Assembly: GCA_023213395.1 (NCBI GenBank)
Contig: CM041465.1
Location: 173,607,741 to 173,671,740, forward strand
Source: Cycas panzhihuaensis
Taxonomy: Eukaryota > Plantae > Cycadophyta
Direction: 5' to 3'
Length of the DNA stretch: 64,000 nucleotides
The position numbers and the translations under genes are program-made. The number at the start of each line of letters is the position of its first letter. Within the stretch, counting starts at the first letter, position 1. Positions 57,620 to 64,000 of the stretch are shown in pieces. The notes below the pieces were generated by a model. The model saw nothing but the letters and a program-made list of their open reading frames with translations, did no database searches and was not told where the DNA came from.

Positions 57620-60600
57620 GATGGCAGACAGAGTGAATTTCAGGGTGAATCAGTGGGTGATTTTGATGGGAGAATGCGGATAATCATGAATAAGACAAAT
57701 TTGGCAACTGCAATTAATCCCATGCTTGCTCTAAAGTACCTTGTTCAAGGATTAGTCCCTTAATTAAAGGAAAAAGTAACTCTGCATCCTACGAATATTT
57801 ATAAGAAAGCACGAGATCTGGCATTGGAAGTTTGAAAACCAGATGAAGATAGCATATATGCAACCAACAGTGCAGATGGGGTTAAATTTTACAATGGGAG
57901 CTAGCTTTCAACCAATGGAAGTGCAAGTGCAATAGCCAACAGCAAATTGTCAACAAGGAGTAAATTTTTAGATGGGAATTAATACCCAACAAGGAGTACA
58001 ACCTCAACATTTGAGGTTCAATGTGCAACATACACCACAAATGGGATCCAACCCAGAATTGGAGGCTTCAAAAAGAGAAGTACAAGCCTTGAAACAACTA
58101 CCACCTATTTCAATGTCGGCAACACTGTAGCACAATCAGGTAATTGAACATCTAAGATCTGAATTAGCATGTCTATGTATGGAAAAAACTAGAGAAAGTA
58201 TATATGGTGTCCTCCATCGTGTAATCGACAAGGTCACCTACGAAATGAACACCAAGAAGCACTGGTGATAAAATAGTGTGAAATATATCAGAGAAACAAT
58301 CATAATACCTGTGAATGTTACTACCAACCATCAACCAAAGGGCAAGGGTGTGGACCAGAGGTGAGGGATTCTTTTTACCAAAGCATGGATTGTTATTCTT
58401 TAAAGCAAACGGGGAAGACCAAAGCCATCAGATGTCATTTGTGTTCAAGATGGGGACATTCTCAGTCAGATTGTCCTTTGGAGAAAAAAGGTGGAGAATG
58501 CATTTACGAAGAGTGTGAACCATCTAACCACGAATGGATTGGTTGCCCCAAGAATCCCAACACCCAAGTTCAAACTTTGAATTTGGTGACAAAAATTCCT
58601 GATCAGGAGGTGCCATCCTATCTACAAACACGAAGTGGGAAAATTACAACTCTAGTTGTAGGAAATTTTCCAGATCCAATCGTTGAAAAGGAAAGACTTT
58701 AAGAGGCAATGCGAGCCTTACAAGATGCAATGAACATGGTACAACAAAAAGAAGCCCAACAAGGCAATTGATTTAAAGGGCATACATATAGGAGGAGGAC
58801 AACTTTTCAAGAACCTCAACAACAAGGTGAAGCAACAAGAGAGCAATTCAATCCTTAGCAATGGTTACAACCATTAAGGGACTTATTAATAGAATTAGGA
58901 GTCACCATCTCAATTGTTGCATTCTTCAAATGGTGGGAAGTTGGTTATTTCTAAGAGATTATTTTGGACCAAATTAAGAAGCCTATGCTAAGATCTTTGA
59001 AGACTGATACAGTCGATCCTCAAGTCCCAATGGTTATTCTTCGCACGACTCTCTGTAAAACCATTGTAAACGGAGACTTAAGAGTGAACATCTTGCTAGA
59101 AACCTTACGGATCTCACTTGGAAGGCTGGAAGTGGTTGTGCCCCAGATTATTCCATTGGGTTCGCAAATCAATTGCAAGTAAAGCCAATGGGTACTTTGA
59201 TGAATGTACCTATCACAGTTGCAGGAATTGCTATTTCGTTAGATTCATCGTAGTCTGAATGCAAAATCATAAGAGGGCATATCCAACATTACTTGGGAGA
59301 CCATGTTTACCAGCCACCAATGCAATTCAAGACTAGGGCAAATTCACATTTACACACTCATCAGCAAGAAAGGAGGTTACTCTGCCCTTGTGCTCAAATG
59401 GACTACAAATTGAAAGAATTAAAGATGAAGACAAAGCTTCTTCAAAAACTGTTGAAATTGGACCCATTGTAAGTACATATTCAAAGACTGCTTATCAAAC
59501 ACGAATGGCATCTCCATCAATTCCAAGCGATTCGTCTTCTACGTATATATTGAACTGGCTATAAAATGCTTGGGTAGAAACCAAGCCAACAAGTTGTTAT
59601 TGCTTGGAGATATGCCCAAATTCATCATCGGATGAGGAGGAAGCAGACTTTGCATTGAAGATAGAGCAACAAATAGAAAAGTCAAAAGTCAACTTGGCAA
59701 AATTGTTCGACACAACAAGCTTGAATAAAGGAGAGGCAAAGTCAGCAAAATTGAATGAAGTTCAACTGCAAGTAACCCAGGGTAATTCTAAACTATTCAC
59801 TAAGGTTTTGAAAGACTACCTCAATTTTGGGGGAAGAAATGTTGCAAGCAACCATTTAGAATAGTGTGTAAACATTTTAAAGAAAAATCAATGGCAAGAA
59901 GAGCTTTGGATGTATCTCTTTCCTTTATCTTTATCTGGACAAGCCTTTGCCTGGTATCTTGCACGTAATACATAATTACAAAATTGGGATGTAATGAAAA
60001 ACGCATTTTAGATTAGGTTCCAAGATCATAATGATGAATTGCCTAAATTCTATAATAGAGAAAATTCAGATAATCACATTTAGAATTGCATAAAAGTATG
60101 GGAGGTAAAAAACATACCACAATGGAAATGGACCCATCACTGAGCCATTACCTTTACAAACATTAGTCACACCTCATATCAACACTGTAAGAAATCACAG
60201 AAGTTAGAATGGAATGTGCTAACAAAAGAATTTTCTAATATTTTTTCTTACTTTGGTCCAAACACCAAGCCACAATCGGATCCTTTTGCCTTTAAGGACA
60301 AAACAATAGCCCCCATATTGAATGCTTCCAGATGGAAGTTGTTGATGCAAATGGACAAAAAGGGGAACTAGAGCCTTTATCGAACAAGGATAATCAAGAA
60401 GAATTACATAAATTTCCTCCATCCTATTCTGTTACATAATATGGAGAGAGGCAAATAAATCAATCACCAACATACGAATTGCAGGCAAATGGAAAAATAA
60501 TACAAGGAAATGAGTTGAAGCTACAGAAAGTCAACATTGGTACAACATAGTAGCCCAAATATGTCACCATGGGTGACTATTGGGATGATGAAATAGTACA

Positions 60601-63600
60601 CCAAGCAACAACACCCTTTGTGGAATTCAAGGATGTGTTTGTGTGGTCCTATAAGGACATTAAAGGAATTCCTCTGGAGTTAGGAGAACACAGGATTGAG
60701 CTGATAGAAGAAGCGAAAACAATTAGACAACATCCATATAGGATGAACCCAAAGTACAAAGAGAAATTTGAGGCCAAGTTGGACAAGTTGCTTAAGGCAA
60801 GATACATCTTCAAGGTTGAAAATAGTGGGTCGGTAAGCCTGGTCATGGTTGTCCCTAAAAAGAATAAGAAATTGTGTTTTTGCATGGATTACAAGGCATT
60901 GAATAAAGCCACAAATTTAGACCAATTCTCAATCCGTTTCAAAGAAGATGTTCTCAAAAAAGTGGCAGGGCATGAGGTATTTGCATTCACTAATGGATTT
61001 AGTGAATATAATCAAGTTCGTATTGCCTCAAATGATCAACTGAAGACCACTTTTATTATAGAGTGGGGCACATATACTTACAGAGTCATGCCCTTTGACT
61101 TGACAAATGCGTCAACCACTTTCCAACAAGTAATTTTGAATATGTTTTGACAAACAATAGGAAAAACATTTGAGGTTTTTCTAGATGATTGGATGTTATA
61201 CACTTCGTTAAAAATCATCTACGTAACTTGAGACTAATGTTTGAAATTTGTAGGAAAAGTAACCCATGTCTAAATCCAAGAAAGTGTACCTTCATGGTAC
61301 CCATTCGTGAACCGTTGGGTCACATTGTGATGAAAGATGAACTGCTCACAGATCCGATGAAAATTGTAGTGATTCTCAATTTCCCAATACCAAACTCTGC
61401 CAAGAACCTGAAAGGTTTCTTATGCATGGCTGGTTATTATCGCAAGTTCATTAGGGAGTATACTCAGATTGCGAATCATTTAGAGTCTCTACTTGAAATA
61501 TCAGTAACGTGGGAATGGACTTTGAAGCAACAATTGGCTATTAATTTGTTAAAAAAAAGGTGGCACAAGTGCCAGTACTTCAATTTCTTAATTAGGAAAA
61601 ACCCTTCCACGTTCATGTAGATGCATCCATATATGCAATTGGCTGTGCATTGACATAGCCAGGAGATAATAACATTGATTCCCCTATCTATTTTGCTAGC
61701 AGGAAACTCACTCAAGCTAAGCAGAATTACTCTATCACATAAAGAGAAGGATTAGGAATGATTTATGCTATTTAGAAGCTCTGACATTATTTGTTGGCAA
61801 ATCCATTTGTATTTTTTGTGGATCACCAAGCTCTACAATATTTAATCAACAAGCCATTCTTACAAGGACAAATCAACCATGGGTTGATGTTGTTTCAAGA
61901 ATTCATGTTTAAGATAATAGTGAAAAAATGAGAAAAGTATACCTTTCCTGTGCAAAGACGAAATAGCAATAGGAATATAGTCGATGATTTTCCAGACTAA
62001 GTTATTTGCAATTGAAGCAATGTCAGTCTGGTATGAAGGAATAGTTGAGTATTTAACAATGGGACAGATACCTATTGGATTCAATCGAGTGGACCGAAGA
62101 AGTTTTGTAAGAAAAGCCTTTCCATTGTAATTAATTCATGGCATGTTGTATAAATTAGGACCTAACAAAATGCTGCATCAATGTGCCCTAAAGCATGAAG
62201 TGGAAGGTATGTTGAGGGAAGTGCATGAAGGGGTTGCATCTAGACATCATGGGGCTAAGGGCACCGCATGGAAAATTTTGTCAATTGACCTGTGGTGGCC
62301 CACACTATTTGAAGATGTGGAAAAATGGGTAAAGTCCTATGATGCTTGCCAAAGCGAAGGAAAGCCCTCAAAACAACATTTCATGCCTTTACAGCCAATA
62401 ATTGTGCGAGCTTGATTTGAAAAATAGGGATCGGACTTTATCAGTCCAATTAACCCACCAACCCAACAAACAAATGCCAAGTAGATCTTTGTGGCCACAG
62501 ATTTTGTGACAAAATGGATAGAGGCCAAGCCAATGAGGCAATGTAATGTGAGATGTACGACCAGGTTCTTCTATGAGGTGATAATTGTTCATTTCAATTG
62601 ACCATTGGAGATAGTGTCAAATCAAGGGAGTAGCTTTTTAAACTAGGCTATTAAATACATGACCTTTGAATTTTTAATTCAACATAGAAAATCTTTTCCA
62701 TATTATCCAAGGGGTGAATGGTCAAGTAGAGAGCACAAATAAGATTTTAAAGATTGTTTTAACAAAAATTTATAATGTAGAATAGATGGACTGGGCAGAG
62801 AGACTACACTCAATGTTGTGGGAAGATTGAACCATGAGGAAAATACCTCATAAGCAGACACCCTTCAAGTTAGTCTATGAACTGGAAGTAGTTGTCCCCC
62901 TCGAGTTTCAAGTGGAAAGCATTCAAGTAGCAAATCAACCATGAATGGGGGAAGAGGAATCGTATGATCAACATCTCCTCGATTTGATAAAGTTGGACAA
63001 AGAACACACTAGAGAGATGAAAGCATAAAAGGCCAGAAGGAAAGCATGGCATGATAGGTATTTGAAACGGCCTTAGTATCAAGCAGGTGATCTGGTTCTT
63101 TTATATGATAGTAAGTTTTGGATAAAACCAAGGAATATGAAATTGAGATAGATGGGTCCATAGAGAGTTAATCATATTTGGCCAAAAGGAGTTGTTTAGT
63201 TAAAATAGTTGGATGGTAAGTTGTTGACCAAATTGGTCAATGGTAGTTGGTTAAAGTTGCATAATCATTTTAAAAAGCAAAAAAAAAAATATTAGTGTAA
63301 ACCAAAGGGAACGTAATTTGATTGCAATCAAGGTCTTACTAAGCAATCAAGATTAGGATTGCAGTTGAATGACAAACAAGGGAATAATGGACAAGACAAG
63401 ACGTGGCACATGATTGAAAGACAAAAGATGGAACAATTGACGGTAGTTGTCGTTTCCAAGTAATAATGGCAAGGCATGCATACCTCCATCACTATCGCGC
63501 AAGCGAAATAATAATGAGGCACGATCCTTCATAAATTGATCAACCGTTTTTTATAAAGATACACAGATAGTGAAATATGACAATTATTTTCAAGGAATTC

Positions 63601-64000
63601 AATGTAGCTAAGGATGGCGACCATGGATATTCCACAACCAAACATTTCCTTTAGAATATTAGATGATAGTTGCAGAAGATGGAATGGTAGGTTATGTAGG
63701 AAGAAGATCCATGCAAAGAATGGGTATGAGCAGTATATTGTTACTACAATTTTTCCTCTTATCCTAAAATTTTTACTGTCGATAACTACAATGATTGCCC
63801 TACAACCGTTCATCTTGAAATGTTCCACAAAAGCAATTGCTCAAGTGACAGGGTTACCCATAGATGGTGTTGATCTGCCAAAGGATAAGCAAATATCTTA
63901 GAGACAAGCAGCACAAGAACTGGGTGTAGATGTAGCCTAGGTATCTAGTTTGGGCATTAAAAGTTCTAATATAAATTCAAAGCAAACAAGATGGATTGCA
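57620..64000 (+). mobile_element. Decayed non-chromovirus Gypsy ('K') related to elements 1 and 2: gag C-terminal part, PR, RT, RH, INT and extra ORF
   Basis: YLVQGL, CHLCSRWGHSQSDC, PR at 59010-59330 (LLGRP), RT at 60569-61190 (FLDD), INT to ~63270, extra ORF from 63614 (VTGLPIDG). Confidence 0.9.

Overview
Plant nuclear DNA from a large, repeat-rich genome (gymnosperm- or fern-like; inferred, not proven). The window appears to lie within one minus-strand host gene, an RSH1-type RelA/SpoT homologue ((p)ppGpp metabolism). Eight GT-AG exons can be read, four at 53658-54267 and four at 9879-10733. They are separated by a 42,924-bp intron that splits the EVQ|IRT synthetase motif. The rest is a nested stack of decayed transposons: three related non-chromovirus Ty3/Gypsy elements (1-5587, 39198-44721, ~57620-64000), a chromovirus (13263-19031), three Copia elements, several non-autonomous LTR elements, a 5'-truncated LINE and hAT-type MITEs. 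Several boundaries are fixed by exact TSDs. The best candidate for an undescribed system is the Gypsy family of 1-5587 and 39198-44721. It has a tRNA-Glu primer site, and its LTRs also carry a conserved complement to the tRNA-Glu anticodon arm. It has structured 3' RNA blocks that a non-autonomous partner retains, and that partner encodes a protease fused to the integrase GPY/F tail. It also shows GTAC-rich arrays and a conserved PMD-like extra ORF. Other oddities are two extra capsid-like domains between protease and RT, a fixed-spacing ATAACT-N40-GGAA module shared by unrelated elements, a 2-LTR-circle-like junction, and a strand-switching cluster of C/G transversions. All alignments and counts were done by eye, and tRNA and protein comparisons rely on recalled sequences.
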